This document shows positions 10,018 through 20,027 of a stretch of DNA of 64,000 nt, in pieces. Position numbers and translations under genes: made by a program. Under the pieces are notes generated by a model, which saw nothing but the letters and a program-made list of their open reading frames with translations, had not been told where the DNA came from and ran no database searches. Position 1 is the first letter of the stretch. Each line of letters begins with the position of its first letter. Source of the DNA: Eubacteriales bacterium (lineage in GTDB: Bacteria > Bacillota > Clostridia > Oscillospirales > CAG-272); NCBI GenBank assembly GCA_050309735.1, contig JBNRMS010000072.1, forward strand, positions 3,815 through 67,814. The letters are read 5' to 3'.

Positions 10018-11832
10018 TCAGCCACCGAAATTATCGTCTCCAAATATCTTCGCGATAAATTTCGCGATGTCGGTATTGTCAACCTTCTTGCCGCTGAAGT
10101 ACTCGGTTCCCTGTCCTATCGAGTAGACCGGAACATCGGCTGCGGTGTGGTCAAGCGATGTGAAGGTATATTCATTTTTCGCCTTGTTAAACACCAGTCC
10201 TCCGCACTCATGGTCGGCTGTGATGACGATTGCTGTATCGGGGTGGCAAATGGTGAAAATGACACAGTAGGCGATAAGGTCATTATACCGGGTTACCGTT
10301 TTCACCACATCTTCCATCAGATTCTTGTGCGCGTACTTGTCTATCCACGCGGCCTCAATCATCGAGAAGAAGCGCGAACCGTCATAAGAAATCGCCCAGA
10401 GCTGGCGCGCTGCCTCGCGAGTCAGTCCGTCTCCTATGTCACCAACAGCAAAATCAACCTCACCGTCGGCAAGCAATTTATCAATCTGAGATTTAATCAT
10501 GGCGGTCGAGCCTCTATCGGGCACGTGCGCGAGGAATCCTCCGGGTGTCGCTCCGGTTATTACGTCGGTTGTGAGTATTGCTGTTCTCGCGCCCTGCGAG
10601 AAGGCAAGCTCGCGGAGATTAGTCAGCCTCTCGCCCCTTGTTCCAACGCCTAGATATTTGTTGTTAGTCTTATACCCAGTTGCCAGCGCCGTAGCAGACG
10701 CCGCGCTGTCGGTAATAGCCTTGTTAGCCGAGCGTGTAACGGCAGTGCCGATATTCGGCAGATCCTTCGCAACAAACTCGCGCAGTCCGGCCGCAAGCGT
10801 TGCCTCGACATGGTTATGCCCCATGCCGTCACCTATCAGAAGGAGCGCGTTTCGGGCTTCCTTGAAGGCAAAGGTCAGCGGCTCGTTCTTTTTGGGAAGA
10901 TTTGTGATATTGATATCCGAGCTGTCCCCCCTCGGAGCGGCATAGTTATTTATAAAATCACTCACACCGCCGCCCACCATGTATGAGTTTCCGGTCATGA
11001 CGACACAACTGCCTGTTTCGGCAAGGATATACTGATCGGCTCCGAGTGCGACCGATGCGGCCGCTTGGCTCTCGGGACGGTTGGTGTTGCCCACAAGTAT
11101 CTCGTACTGCTCGGGCGACTCGGCGTCGGTCACAATGTCAAGCGATATCCCGCCGTAATAATAGAAATAATCTGATAAATTCGCCGCGGCCGAACTTGTG
11201 TAGAAGCCGCAATCATCGGGAATAACTATGCGGTATTCGCTAATTCCGACACCGTTAATAGAAACAATCCCCAGAGGATATTTAAATCGGTTTATATAAT
11301 TGAGATCATCAAGGATGACAAGCGACTTTGTCGAAACATTTAAGTAGTTCTCGATAAAGTATTCAACACCCCGCAGCGTTGCCTCGGGGGCTGCGCTTAA
11401 AATGTATATGCGTTCGTTCTCATAAACTATCGCAAAATCGTTCTCGCGCAGATTTTTCAATATTGACTCTGTTGCGGGTCTGTCGCAGACTCCAACAACT
11501 ATTTCCTTTGCACTCTCGGGAAGTGCATCTCCTTTTTTGTACCAATCGGTATCTATGCCCACGTTTGCATCGGTTGCATTAATCAGTTCGGTTCGCAGCG
11601 TGGTCGCGGCGTTAATCACCTGTTCGTCTGCATTGTCGGGCCGAATTATCACATATTCGGTCACACCGTCAGCGATTATATTCACGGGCGACGCCGGTGC
11701 CGATGTCTCTGTGGGCGCAGTTTCGGTTTGGCTGCCTCCCTCATCTGTTTGCTCGCCGCCGCCCGACAGGCCGCAGGCAACAAGCGGGAGAGTGAGAACC
11801 AGCGCAAGTAGGAGGGCAAATAATCTTTTCAT
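10018..11832 (-). CDS. Alkaline phosphatase lipoprotein with about 330-aa N-terminal extension
   Basis: Lipobox LPLVAC. PhoA-family blocks GDGMGHNH, TDSAASATALATGYKT (active-site Ser) and ADHECGG. The N-terminal domain has no motif I recognise. Confidence 0.85.
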   Translation of the reverse strand: MKRLFALLLALVLTLPLVACGLSGGGEQTDEGGSQTETAPTETSAPASPVNIIADGVTEYVIIRPDNADEQVINAATTLRTELINATDANVGIDTDWYKKGDALPESAKEIVVGVCDRPATESILKNLRENDFAIVYENERIYILSAAPEATLRGVEYFIENYLNVSTKSLVILDDLNYINRFKYPLGIVSINGVGISEYRIVIPDDCGFYTSSAAANLSDYFYYYGGISLDIVTDAESPEQYEILVGNTNRPESQAAASVALGADQYILAETGSCVVMTGNSYMVGGGVSDFINNYAAPRGDSSDINITNLPKKNEPLTFAFKEARNALLLIGDGMGHNHVEATLAAGLREFVAKDLPNIGTAVTRSANKAITDSAASATALATGYKTNNKYLGVGTRGERLTNLRELAFSQGARTAILTTDVITGATPGGFLAHVPDRGSTAMIKSQIDKLLADGEVDFAVGDIGDGLTREAARQLWAISYDGSRFFSMIEAAWIDKYAHKNLMEDVVKTVTRYNDLIAYCVIFTICHPDTAIVITADHECGGLVFNKAKNEYTFTSLDHTAADVPVYSIGQGTEYFSGKKVDNTDIAKFIAKIFGDDNFGG

Positions 11833-12029
11833 AAATTATGACCTTACCTTTCTGAGAGCCGGGAGAATTGTGCCGACCGGGCATCTGCCCCTGCCGCCGT
11901 AAATAACAGTGGCAAGGGCACAAAACTCACCTTTGAAAGATTTATCTTTCAAAACTTATCTCCATGCCGCCTCTGGCGGCTAAAATATATTTTGGATTTA
12001 TCACGCGTCAATCATCGGTGAGGCAATTA

Positions 12030-13478
12030 TTATTTCATGTTCGAAATAACATCCTCAAGCCGCTTTATCATAGATGCCTGCTGTCTTTCAAGTATCGATG
12101 CTATCTCGGTTCTGCCGGCAGCGAAATTGCTGAATATCAGGTTGCTAAAGTCTGTTCCGACTATCTTGATAACATAAGAAATATTGTCGTGAATAAGGGT
12201 CAGCATCTCGGCAGACTCGACATCGGTTGCCGATTTTGCCTTGAGAGCCACCTCATAGTAAGACGGGATCAGCGCCGTATCCGAATAATAAGAGCTTGAA
12301 TAATACGAAAGAGCCTCAAGCAGAATTCCGGTGCGGTCGGTGTCAACAGTGACCGAGGGAATCATAATTCCGTGCGGGTTGGGGCTGACATGGTAATACT
12401 TCTCCTGTGCCTCTGTGTACTTGGCAACCGGAAGTATTCCAAAATTGATGTCTTCAACGCGCGATTTTGATGCCATGTAAAGCGTGTCGACAACAAAGAG
12501 CGATCTGCCTTCGATAAACATTGTTCTTGCATCTTCTGTACTTGCTATAAGATAGCAGTTATCGGCGGTAAAGAGTTCAAGAAGCTTCTGATAGACGCCG
12601 ATAAAGAAATCCTTTTCATTATAGCAGGTGAAATAGGGTATGCCGTCTTGCCCCTGCTTCATAATTTCAGCGTCACATCCTGTGAGCATGGCCTCATAAA
12701 AGGTGGTAGCGTTGTTGGCTATTCCGACCTGGTCGTCGAGCGCGGTATATTTGCCGTCACCGTTGAGATCGTCAACCGCAACAGTCGCCATCTCCTTCAT
12801 CTTCTCAATTGTCCATCGACCGTTGCCGACAAGCTCATAAGGATTCTCAAGCCCTAAGTTGGTTATTAAGTTCTTATTGAAATAAGTAGCGCGGGCATTG
12901 TCAAGTCCGGTGATGAGGAAGTCGCTGAAGGTGTAGTAAAGCCGACCGTCAAAGGAAAGCTTTTCCTCGGCATTTTTGTCCCACCATGGCATATCAAGAT
13001 CAATTGTGTCAACGTCATAGATGTCGATTGAATAGCCGGCGTTAACCATCTGCATTATATTAGAGAGGGTAATAGTGGCAATAGCGTAAACATCCTCGCC
13101 TGAGGCGATGGTATTTTTGATCGGAGTGAGATCGACATTGTGGTCGACTATTTTAATGCCAAACTTATCTTCCATTAACATCGTGCGATGATAAAGGGCG
13201 TCGTTAATCGGTTCGCCGGTTAGCGTGTAGGCATCAATCGCGTTGGTTGTGTATTTTGTTGCTTTTGCAAAGTCGTTTGCAACGTTGAACTCATACCCGT
13301 TATATTTAACGTCGGGCAGATTGGGCTGAAGCTTTGTTTCTTCTCCGGGCAAAGTTTCTTGATTACCGCCGGTTATGCCGGCCGTACCGGTGTCTTTGCC
13401 CTCGCCTGAAGAAGCACAGGCTGCAGTCAACGGAACCAAGACAAGCAGCGCAAGAAAAATACATAGGAACTTTTTCAT
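12030..13478 (-). CDS. Extracellular solute-binding lipoprotein (ABC family-1 type, orphan)
   Basis: Start moved to ATG 13478 (GAGG SD), giving MKKFLCIFLALLVLVPLTAACASS with a lipobox. Size and composition fit a sugar-type SBP. No permease or ATPase gene is adjacent. Confidence 0.7.
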   Translation of the reverse strand: MKKFLCIFLALLVLVPLTAACASSGEGKDTGTAGITGGNQETLPGEETKLQPNLPDVKYNGYEFNVANDFAKATKYTTNAIDAYTLTGEPINDALYHRTMLMEDKFGIKIVDHNVDLTPIKNTIASGEDVYAIATITLSNIMQMVNAGYSIDIYDVDTIDLDMPWWDKNAEEKLSFDGRLYYTFSDFLITGLDNARATYFNKNLITNLGLENPYELVGNGRWTIEKMKEMATVAVDDLNGDGKYTALDDQVGIANNATTFYEAMLTGCDAEIMKQGQDGIPYFTCYNEKDFFIGVYQKLLELFTADNCYLIASTEDARTMFIEGRSLFVVDTLYMASKSRVEDINFGILPVAKYTEAQEKYYHVSPNPHGIMIPSVTVDTDRTGILLEALSYYSSSYYSDTALIPSYYEVALKAKSATDVESAEMLTLIHDNISYVIKIVGTDFSNLIFSNFAAGRTEIASILERQQASMIKRLEDVISNMK

Positions 13479-13600
13479 TTTTTTAACTACCTCGCAATAA
13501 TAATACTTTCCTGTTTCGTATTCTATCATAAATGATTATTCCTGTCAATCGCTTTAACGTATATTTGGAAGTTTCCGCGCAAGATATCAACTCTGTGCAG

Positions 13601-13629
13601 TTGACATGATGGGCGGTTTATGGTATTAT
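13601..13629 (+). promoter_or_regulatory. Sigma-70-type promoter
   Basis: TTGACA (13601-13606), 17 nt, TATTAT (13624-13629) with TGg extended -10. Confidence 0.5.
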
Positions 13630-13752
13630 ATTCGCAGATTAATAATAAAAAGGCAGGAGATCCTGTAAATCAATTCTTTTAATTCCGGATAATGGGTTAT
13701 GGCCGGTGCATCCGACAGAACCCGGCACACTGGGAAGGAATGGTCGCAAACT

Positions 13753-14418
13753 ATGAAAAAAAACATCAGAATCCTCTTTATAGGCAACAGCCACACTTAC
13801 TATAACGCTCTCCCCCGAATCGCTCGCGATCTCTTTGCATCTGCGGGTATAAACGCCACGGTGACAATGCAAACCGAGGGTGGAAAAAACCTGCTCTATC
13901 ACTGCGACCGCAAAGACGTAGTCTTTAACATTATGCACGGGGGCTATGATTATGTGGTGCTTCAGGAAGCCAGCTCAAGCTTTGACCGCGATAATTTTAT
14001 TGAAGGCATAACAAAGATTCGCGAAAATGCGCTCGACCACTCAACAGCACAGCCTGTTTTATATATGGTATGGGCAAGGCTTGACAAGATAGAGCGCCAT
14101 CCCGAAATAAGCCGAGCCTACACCGAGCTGGCGCGCGAGATGGGTGCGCCCCTGGCGCCGGCCGGAGACGTTTGGCACAAATTCCTTCGCAAGAGAAATC
14201 CCCCTGAATTGTTCCGCGAAGACGGCCTTCACGCCACCCCCCTCGGCTCATATCTTGCCGCTTCCTGTATTTTTTACGCTATTTCCGGGCGCTCCCGCCC
14301 GCTGCGCGTAATCGAAGGCGGCGAGCCGCACACCCGTCTTGAGCTTGACCTTGACATCTGCCGCAAAATCCAAAGCGAAGCCTGCCGCGCGACAAAATTG
14401 TGCAATAATATTGAATGA
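13753..14418 (+). CDS. SGNH/GDSL-like hydrolase family protein
   Basis: Start moved to ATG 13753. N-terminus [18 protein letters not shown] carries the SGNH block-I style GNSxT. Stop overlaps the dusB start. Confidence 0.6.
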   Translation: MKKNIRILFIGNSHTYYNALPRIARDLFASAGINATVTMQTEGGKNLLYHCDRKDVVFNIMHGGYDYVVLQEASSSFDRDNFIEGITKIRENALDHSTAQPVLYMVWARLDKIERHPEISRAYTELAREMGAPLAPAGDVWHKFLRKRNPPELFREDGLHATPLGSYLAASCIFYAISGRSRPLRVIEGGEPHTRLELDLDICRKIQSEACRATKLCNNIE

Positions 14419-15425
14419 GCTTTAACATAGGCAAACTTGTCCTTGCGCGGGGGATAACCCTTGCGCCGATGGCAGGGGTAACAGATTCAAGCTTTCGCAG
14501 ACTCTGCCGCACACTCGGCGCCGAGTACACAGTCACCGAAATGATTTCGGCGAAGGCACTCTGCTATGAACAATTATGCAAAAAAAACGCGAGCGAAGCG
14601 ACTAAAACCGCCTCGCTCGCCAAAATAACTGACGGCGAGACTCCTTGTGCTGTTCAGATTTTCGGCGCCGAGCCTGAGTTTATGGCAAGGGCGGCTGAGC
14701 TGCTCGAATCGGGCTCCTATCGGGGATACGGCGGCTGGCATAAACCCGCCGCCATTGACATCAATATGGGTTGCCCGGTCAAAAAGGTTGTCTCAAACGG
14801 CGAGGGCAGCGCACTGATGAAATCACCCGAACTTGCCGGAGAGATAATATCTGCCGTCCATCGGGCCACAACCCTCCCTGTGACGGTTAAAATCCGCGCC
14901 GGCTGGGATGCGGACAGCAAAAATGCTCCGCTCATTGCGAAAATCGCCGAGAGGTGCGGCGCCGACGCGATATGCGTCCACGCAAGAACCCGCTCTGAGA
15001 TGTACTCTCCCGGAGCCGACTGGTCTGTGATACGAGAGGTCAAAGAAGCCGTCTCAATTCCGGTTATCGGAAACGGGGATATATACTCGGCAAGAGACGC
15101 CCAGCGTATGCTCGCCGAAACCGGGTGCGACGGTATAGCCGTCGCGCGCGGCGCCCTTGGCAACCCCTGGATTTTCAGTGAAATAATCGCCGCATTTGGC
15201 GGTGCGCCATACACACCCCCCTCCCCAGCCGAGCGCTACTCGCTCGCACTCGCTCACGCCGCTGACATAATCGCCGACAAAGGCGAGAGAATCGGACTCG
15301 CTGAATCCCGCCCGCATCTGGCTTGGTACATCAAGGGCCAAAAGGGCGCTGCAGCAGCACGTTCGGCCATCATGAAGGCAAAAAGCTTTGATGAAGTGAA
15401 GGAAATTATCAAGGGGCTGATTTAG
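14415..15425 (+). CDS. dusB: tRNA-dihydrouridine synthase
   Basis: [22 protein letters not shown] and VKIRAGWD are Dus-family FMN TIM-barrel signatures. Confidence 0.9.
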   Translation: MSFNIGKLVLARGITLAPMAGVTDSSFRRLCRTLGAEYTVTEMISAKALCYEQLCKKNASEATKTASLAKITDGETPCAVQIFGAEPEFMARAAELLESGSYRGYGGWHKPAAIDINMGCPVKKVVSNGEGSALMKSPELAGEIISAVHRATTLPVTVKIRAGWDADSKNAPLIAKIAERCGADAICVHARTRSEMYSPGADWSVIREVKEAVSIPVIGNGDIYSARDAQRMLAETGCDGIAVARGALGNPWIFSEIIAAFGGAPYTPPSPAERYSLALAHAADIIADKGERIGLAESRPHLAWYIKGQKGAAAARSAIMKAKSFDEVKEIIKGLI

Positions 15426-15569
15426 AGGCGCAAAGCCTCGGCAGGTGCCGTATAATCGCCCGTCTTGCGCCCTCTGTTTATAATCTGTTTATAATTTTTT
15501 ATTCCCGGATAAAAAGCGAATTGATAAGGAAATTAATGAATATTAAATTCATATGAAAGGAGCTCCCCC

Positions 15570-16154
15570 ATGCTGCCTGACAACGAAAAACTGGCTGCCC
15601 TTATGAAGCAGGCGTCCAAAGGGAATGAGCCCGCTTTCTCCGAACTTGTCAAGCATTTTGAAAAAACTGTCTACAACATCGCTATGCAGATGCTAAAGAA
15701 CCACGCTGACGCGCTCGACGTCTCGCAGGAATCCTTCGTCAAGCTCTGGCGAACGTCGGGTTCATACCGCGGGGAATGCTCGGTTGCCTCATGGGTGATA
15801 AAAATAACGCGAAACACCGCACTTGACCTCATCCGAAAAAGAACGGCTCATCTAACCGATTCGCTCACAATTGAGGGCGAGGACGGCGGGATATCAGAGC
15901 GCGACATACCCACAAGCGACGAGGACGACCCGGTAATCTCATACGAGCGCAAAGAACGAATCGCAACCGTTCGTGAGGCGATATCGGCGCTCGGAAACGA
16001 GCATCGGGAAATAATACTTTTGCGCGATATTGAGGGATTGAGCTACGCCGAAATATCGGAAGTCCTCGGAATTGAGGTGGGAACTGTCAAAAGCCGTTTG
16101 AACCGCGCCAGAAGTTCTCTCAAAGAAATTTTACTTGAACGGAACATTTTTTGA
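15570..16154 (+). CDS. ECF-type RNA polymerase sigma-70 factor
   Basis: Region 2 (DVSQESFVKLWR) and region 4 HTH (LSYAEISEVLGIEVGTVKSRLNRARSSLK). 194 aa. Confidence 0.9.
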   Translation: MLPDNEKLAALMKQASKGNEPAFSELVKHFEKTVYNIAMQMLKNHADALDVSQESFVKLWRTSGSYRGECSVASWVIKITRNTALDLIRKRTAHLTDSLTIEGEDGGISERDIPTSDEDDPVISYERKERIATVREAISALGNEHREIILLRDIEGLSYAEISEVLGIEVGTVKSRLNRARSSLKEILLERNIF

Positions 16155-16200
16155 ATATGCGCGTCATAATACATAGAAAATCAAAGAAAGGAGCGTCCGC

Positions 16201-17112
16201 ATGGAAATCAAAGACAAAACCTGTTGCGATGAGGTAAGCAGTCTTATAATTGAATATATCGACGGAGAGCTTGACGGTGAAACCGCAAGGCTTGCGGCGC
16301 GCCATATAGAAGAATGCAACGATTGCCGAAAACTTTACAGCGATATGAGGGCAGTCTGTCAGGCAGCCTCCGAGAGCGCTCATGAGGCGCCGGCCGAGCT
16401 TCACTGTCGGGTAATGGCGGCGGTGAGAGCCGAGAGAAGGCGCATGAAAATAAAACGCATATCAACCTACGCTGGCATTGGCGTCGCAGCTATGCTCACA
16501 ATCAGTATTGGATTTGCAACTCTGCTCGGTCACCTCGGATTTCTGAGCAGCCACGATCGCGAGAAAATTGGTGCCACCGGTATGCTTGAAGGCTCAGACG
16601 CTGCCTATCTCTCAAGCTCGGAACACTATATATTCAGCAACAGCGGCTCGGCGTTAAACGACCTGTATCGGTATCGGGCTAATGTTGCCGCCGCTGAGGC
16701 AGAAAACAAGGCAATGCAGTCTTATATAGAGCCAGATTGCAGAGAAGACAGCGCGAGTGAGGTTAAAGAGACCGACCAACAAGTATCAAGCGAGATAAGC
16801 TTAGGAGAAACCACTCCGGCATCTGCCCATGATGCTGCACACCCCCCCGCCTCAAGCCGCCTAATCTGCCTTGCCGGCGAATGGAAGCTTGTCGACAACA
16901 CCGGCGGCGTACTTGTACTCAGCCTTTTGAACGCCACCGATTTTAGCCTCACAAACGCCTCCGGGCACATCACGGCCGGAAATTATGAGGTTTCGGGGGA
17001 AGTTATAACCTTTATATATGACGGCGGCCGCGCCGAATACGCCTTTGGCCTTTCTGAAAATGCGCTTAGTCTCTCACATATCAGAGGCGAGCGGCTGATT
17101 GGCGATAAATGA
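16201..17112 (+). CDS. Anti-sigma factor (zf-HC2 type), single-pass membrane protein
   Basis: H-x3-C-x2-C motif ARHIEECNDCRKLY. TM segment AGIGVAAMLTISIGFATLLG. Sits immediately downstream of the ECF sigma gene. Confidence 0.8.
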   Translation: MEIKDKTCCDEVSSLIIEYIDGELDGETARLAARHIEECNDCRKLYSDMRAVCQAASESAHEAPAELHCRVMAAVRAERRRMKIKRISTYAGIGVAAMLTISIGFATLLGHLGFLSSHDREKIGATGMLEGSDAAYLSSSEHYIFSNSGSALNDLYRYRANVAAAEAENKAMQSYIEPDCREDSASEVKETDQQVSSEISLGETTPASAHDAAHPPASSRLICLAGEWKLVDNTGGVLVLSLLNATDFSLTNASGHITAGNYEVSGEVITFIYDGGRAEYAFGLSENALSLSHIRGERLIGDK

Positions 17113-17762
17113 GGGCGGGCGAAAAACAGACCTGCGATGCCGCGGTAATAACAAACGACGGCGATCTTTTTGAGCTGATAACCCTCCTCCTTGACGAGAT
17201 TGGATATAGCTCAAATAAAACGCCCGAGAGCGCGCCGGCTCAGCCCCGCCTTATGATAATAGACCTTGACTCCTCTCCCCCTCCTCCGCCCGACCAATCG
17301 AGCAGCGCGGCTATTATCGGAGTTACGGCGCAGGAAGATAGACTGACAGAGCAGACAAAAGCAGCTTGCGACGCCATTATCGGCCGCCCCTTCTCTTTCT
17401 CGGAGTTTCGCAGTCTTGTCGGCGAGGTTTGCCGGCAGGTGGGGCGACGGTCGGTAACGACAGTTGCGGGGCCGGGTTCGCTTATACTTGAGCTTGACAG
17501 CGCCACGCGGCGCGTCTCATTCGAAAACTCGAGCACCCATCTGACACCTAATGAATTTCTCTTTCTCTCGCACCTTGCCGCGCACAGAGGAGAAACTGTA
17601 ACGCGGAGCGAACTTACTGCCCTGATAGATACCGGCGGCAAGGGTTCAAGCAACTCAAACATTGCAGACGTCTACATCTGCACACTGCGAGCAAAGCTCG
17701 AAGAAGCCTTTGGCGTAAAACTGATTTACACGGTACGCGGCAGAGGATATATGCTAAAATAA
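17109..17762 (+). CDS. OmpR/PhoB-type winged-helix DNA-binding protein with receiver-like N-terminal half
   Basis: C-terminal trans_reg_C: LTPNEFLFLSHLAAHRGETVTRSEL...YTVRGRGYML. The N-terminal half keeps receiver-like strands (LMIIDLD, IIGVTAQ). It reads ND where a canonical receiver has the DD pair and GRPF where it has KP. ATGA overlap with the anti-sigma stop. Confidence 0.75.
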   Translation: MRAGEKQTCDAAVITNDGDLFELITLLLDEIGYSSNKTPESAPAQPRLMIIDLDSSPPPPPDQSSSAAIIGVTAQEDRLTEQTKAACDAIIGRPFSFSEFRSLVGEVCRQVGRRSVTTVAGPGSLILELDSATRRVSFENSSTHLTPNEFLFLSHLAAHRGETVTRSELTALIDTGGKGSSNSNIADVYICTLRAKLEEAFGVKLIYTVRGRGYMLK

Positions 17763-17803
17763 AACAGAGGGTCGATTGATCATCGCCCTCTGTTTGTTTT
17801 TTT
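17763..17803 (+). terminator. Intrinsic terminator
   Basis: Stem AACAGAGGG..CCCTCTGTT with inner CGAT/ATCG pairs, followed by TGTTTTTTT. Confidence 0.75.
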
Positions 17804-17856
17804 GAGAAGCATATTCAGAGAAGCTTTATAATATGTTACTCAAGCCCCCTCATTCC

Positions 17857-18453
17857 CTACTCCGATCTTTTATAAGGCCGCAGCGTCCTCGGGTCTATCG
17901 CAATACAAAGCAGAGGCACAACAACCACCGCGAGCGCAAGGTTTGGAAGCATATAGCCTCCGTTATAGACAAGCGAATATAGCCAGACATTCATTCCCTC
18001 CTCAGCGTACGAGCCGAAAAGTACGGCGCCCGAGACAAAGCTGCACAAAAAGCGGAGCAGACACGCCGCCGCCGCACCGACAGCATATCCGGCCATCCTG
18101 TAGCGCCCGAAAAGGTTCGAGAAAAGTGGCGCGCTTCCGATAAGAGTGAAAGCGAGCAAATAGTCGAGCAGAGCGCAGAGTACAATAGCAAGAACAGTGC
18201 CCGCCGGGGGAACATAGAAGGGGCCGATTATAAGCTGTGTGAGCGACCACACAAAGGCAGTCAAAAGGCCCATCACAGCTCCCCTTCGGTAAGCGTAAAA
18301 GATTATAGGAACGGCGGCCACCGATATAGTCCCTCCCGCAGGCCATCTCGGTAGGGGAAGCCACGAGCAGATAAAATCAAGGACGACCGCAAAGGCCACC
18401 ATCACCGCACCCTCGACTATTGCAAGAGTTCTTTCTTTTGTTGTTGTTTTCAT
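17857..18453 (-). CDS. thiT: ECF-transporter S component for thiamine
   Basis: Start moved to ATG 18453 (GGAGGA SD). Multi-TM, about 198 aa. Directly preceded by a THI-box riboswitch. Confidence 0.8.
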   Translation of the reverse strand: MKTTTKERTLAIVEGAVMVAFAVVLDFICSWLPLPRWPAGGTISVAAVPIIFYAYRRGAVMGLLTAFVWSLTQLIIGPFYVPPAGTVLAIVLCALLDYLLAFTLIGSAPLFSNLFGRYRMAGYAVGAAAACLLRFLCSFVSGAVLFGSYAEEGMNVWLYSLVYNGGYMLPNLALAVVVVPLLCIAIDPRTLRPYKRSE

Positions 18454-18480
18454 AAAAAATCCTCCATTATAATATAAATC

Positions 18481-18606
18481 GTGCCGCATGAGATTATACT
18501 CGTGCGGCACGAAATAAAATCTCCCTTCGCCGGTATTACCCGTATCAGGTTATGGGGTTCGGACACAATGCCCATCTCAGCCGCCGTCGGCAGCACCCCC
18601 GATTCC
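18481..18606 (-). promoter_or_regulatory. TPP (THI-box) riboswitch with expression-platform hairpin
   Basis: Minus strand 18606->18520 reads CGGGGGUGCUGCC..GGCUGAGAUGGGC..GAACCCCAUAACCUGAUACGGGUAAUACCGGCGAAGGGAG. This matches the conserved THI-box blocks GGGGUGC, CUGAGA, ACCUGAU, GGGUAAUACC and GAAGGGA. A GTGCCGCA.../...TGCGGCAC hairpin at 18481-18510 follows, before the thiT SD. Confidence 0.9.
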
Positions 18607-18627
18607 TAATATTCAGTTTTTTTAAAA

Positions 18628-19938
18628 TCAATAATTATAGTTTGGCGCAACGTCGATTATGGCGATGCTTCCGGCTAATTGCTGGTCAACCACAATTCTG
18701 TCTATATATTCCTCGCACTTCTTGGCAAAAAGCCACTGAGCAACGCTCGTGTTGAAATCCTCAAACCACTCGGCGTTGCCGGTGTCGGCATATCCGCCGG
18801 GGTCAAGCTTGTACTTCATTATGACATGATACCCATAGTCAGACTCGACAATATTTATCTGCCCAACCCGCATCTCGGAAAGAGACGCCACAATATCGTT
18901 TATATAGTCATAGCTGTATTTCGAGCCTGTCTGAAAATAATAGCCGTTCGGGTAGTCAACAAGGCTTTCATCCTCGCCATACTCCTCAATAAGCGCCTCA
19001 AAGGCGAGCGTGTCGCCCTCGGGCGTGAACTCAACTATCTCCTCGGCATTCTTGTATATCTCTCGCAGCTCCTCGGCACTGTACGGGGTTGTCATGAAAT
19101 TCCCGTTCTCATCATAGACTATTGCCGGCTTACCGTTTTTCTCGTCGTAGGCCACAGAACCATCCTCGTGGTAGTATATCACCTTGCCGTTTTTATCGAC
19201 AAGTGCGCGCCCGTCCTCAAACTTGCGTATGCCGGTTGAGCTGTCGTAGAGTATAACATCGTCCTCGCTGTCGGGGTCGTAGTATATAACATTTCCGTCG
19301 TCGTCTGTTCTGTAGACATATTTGTAATTAGCCAGGAAAACCTGCTTGAAGCGCACATAGTTCTCCTGATAATACTCCTCCTTGACCTCGGCCGAAACCT
19401 TTGAGAGATTCGCGCCGTAAAGGTATTCCTGAAGATAATTTATCTTTGCCTCAATGATATAAATCTCGCGGAGCATTTTTTGGTTTATTCCAAACTGCGA
19501 AAGAAGTGCGTTGAAGGCCGAGCGCGAACCGTCTGCATCGTAATCAAGCAACTCGGCAATTCTATCGTCGATCTCCTTTGTGGCTGCCGCCGGCAGCTTG
19601 AGCTTATATTCTTCCTCAAAGAGATAGAGAGCCGCAAGATAGGCCTTCATGCTCTGTAAAATATGCGAAGTCCAAAATTCATTGTTAGTCGTACCGTCTT
19701 GTGAGATGGTGGTGTTCCAAAAATCGTCGTTTTTTGCCTGTGAGCCGTAATAATATGTGGTGCTGAGAATTCCCTTCTGACGCGAGAGGAAAAACTCATA
19801 CATATTAAGCGACATCGACTGCCCGCCAAGCTCCATAACCTTCTTTCCCGCCGAGCAGGAGAGCGCCGCGAGCGCAAGTGTGAGAAGCGCGAGCAGAAGG
19901 GCGAGCACTCTGTGTATCCTTTTTTTCATTAAACCCAT
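18628..19938 (-). CDS. PrsA/SurA-like peptidyl-prolyl isomerase lipoprotein
   Basis: Start set at ATG 19938 (AGGA 8 nt upstream). Lipobox LAALSCSA. Parvulin-type block ESDYGYHVIMKY near the C-terminus. Lies downstream of mfd, as commonly seen in Clostridia. Confidence 0.75.
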   Translation of the reverse strand: MGLMKKRIHRVLALLLALLTLALAALSCSAGKKVMELGGQSMSLNMYEFFLSRQKGILSTTYYYGSQAKNDDFWNTTISQDGTTNNEFWTSHILQSMKAYLAALYLFEEEYKLKLPAAATKEIDDRIAELLDYDADGSRSAFNALLSQFGINQKMLREIYIIEAKINYLQEYLYGANLSKVSAEVKEEYYQENYVRFKQVFLANYKYVYRTDDDGNVIYYDPDSEDDVILYDSSTGIRKFEDGRALVDKNGKVIYYHEDGSVAYDEKNGKPAIVYDENGNFMTTPYSAEELREIYKNAEEIVEFTPEGDTLAFEALIEEYGEDESLVDYPNGYYFQTGSKYSYDYINDIVASLSEMRVGQINIVESDYGYHVIMKYKLDPGGYADTGNAEWFEDFNTSVAQWLFAKKCEEYIDRIVVDQQLAGSIAIIDVAPNYNY

Positions 19939-20027
19939 TAAACAAATCCTTTTTGCCGTCATGATATCTGGCCTGACGGCAATTTTCAATTATAAGCCTA
20001 TTAATAGTTCTTATTATACTACATTTT

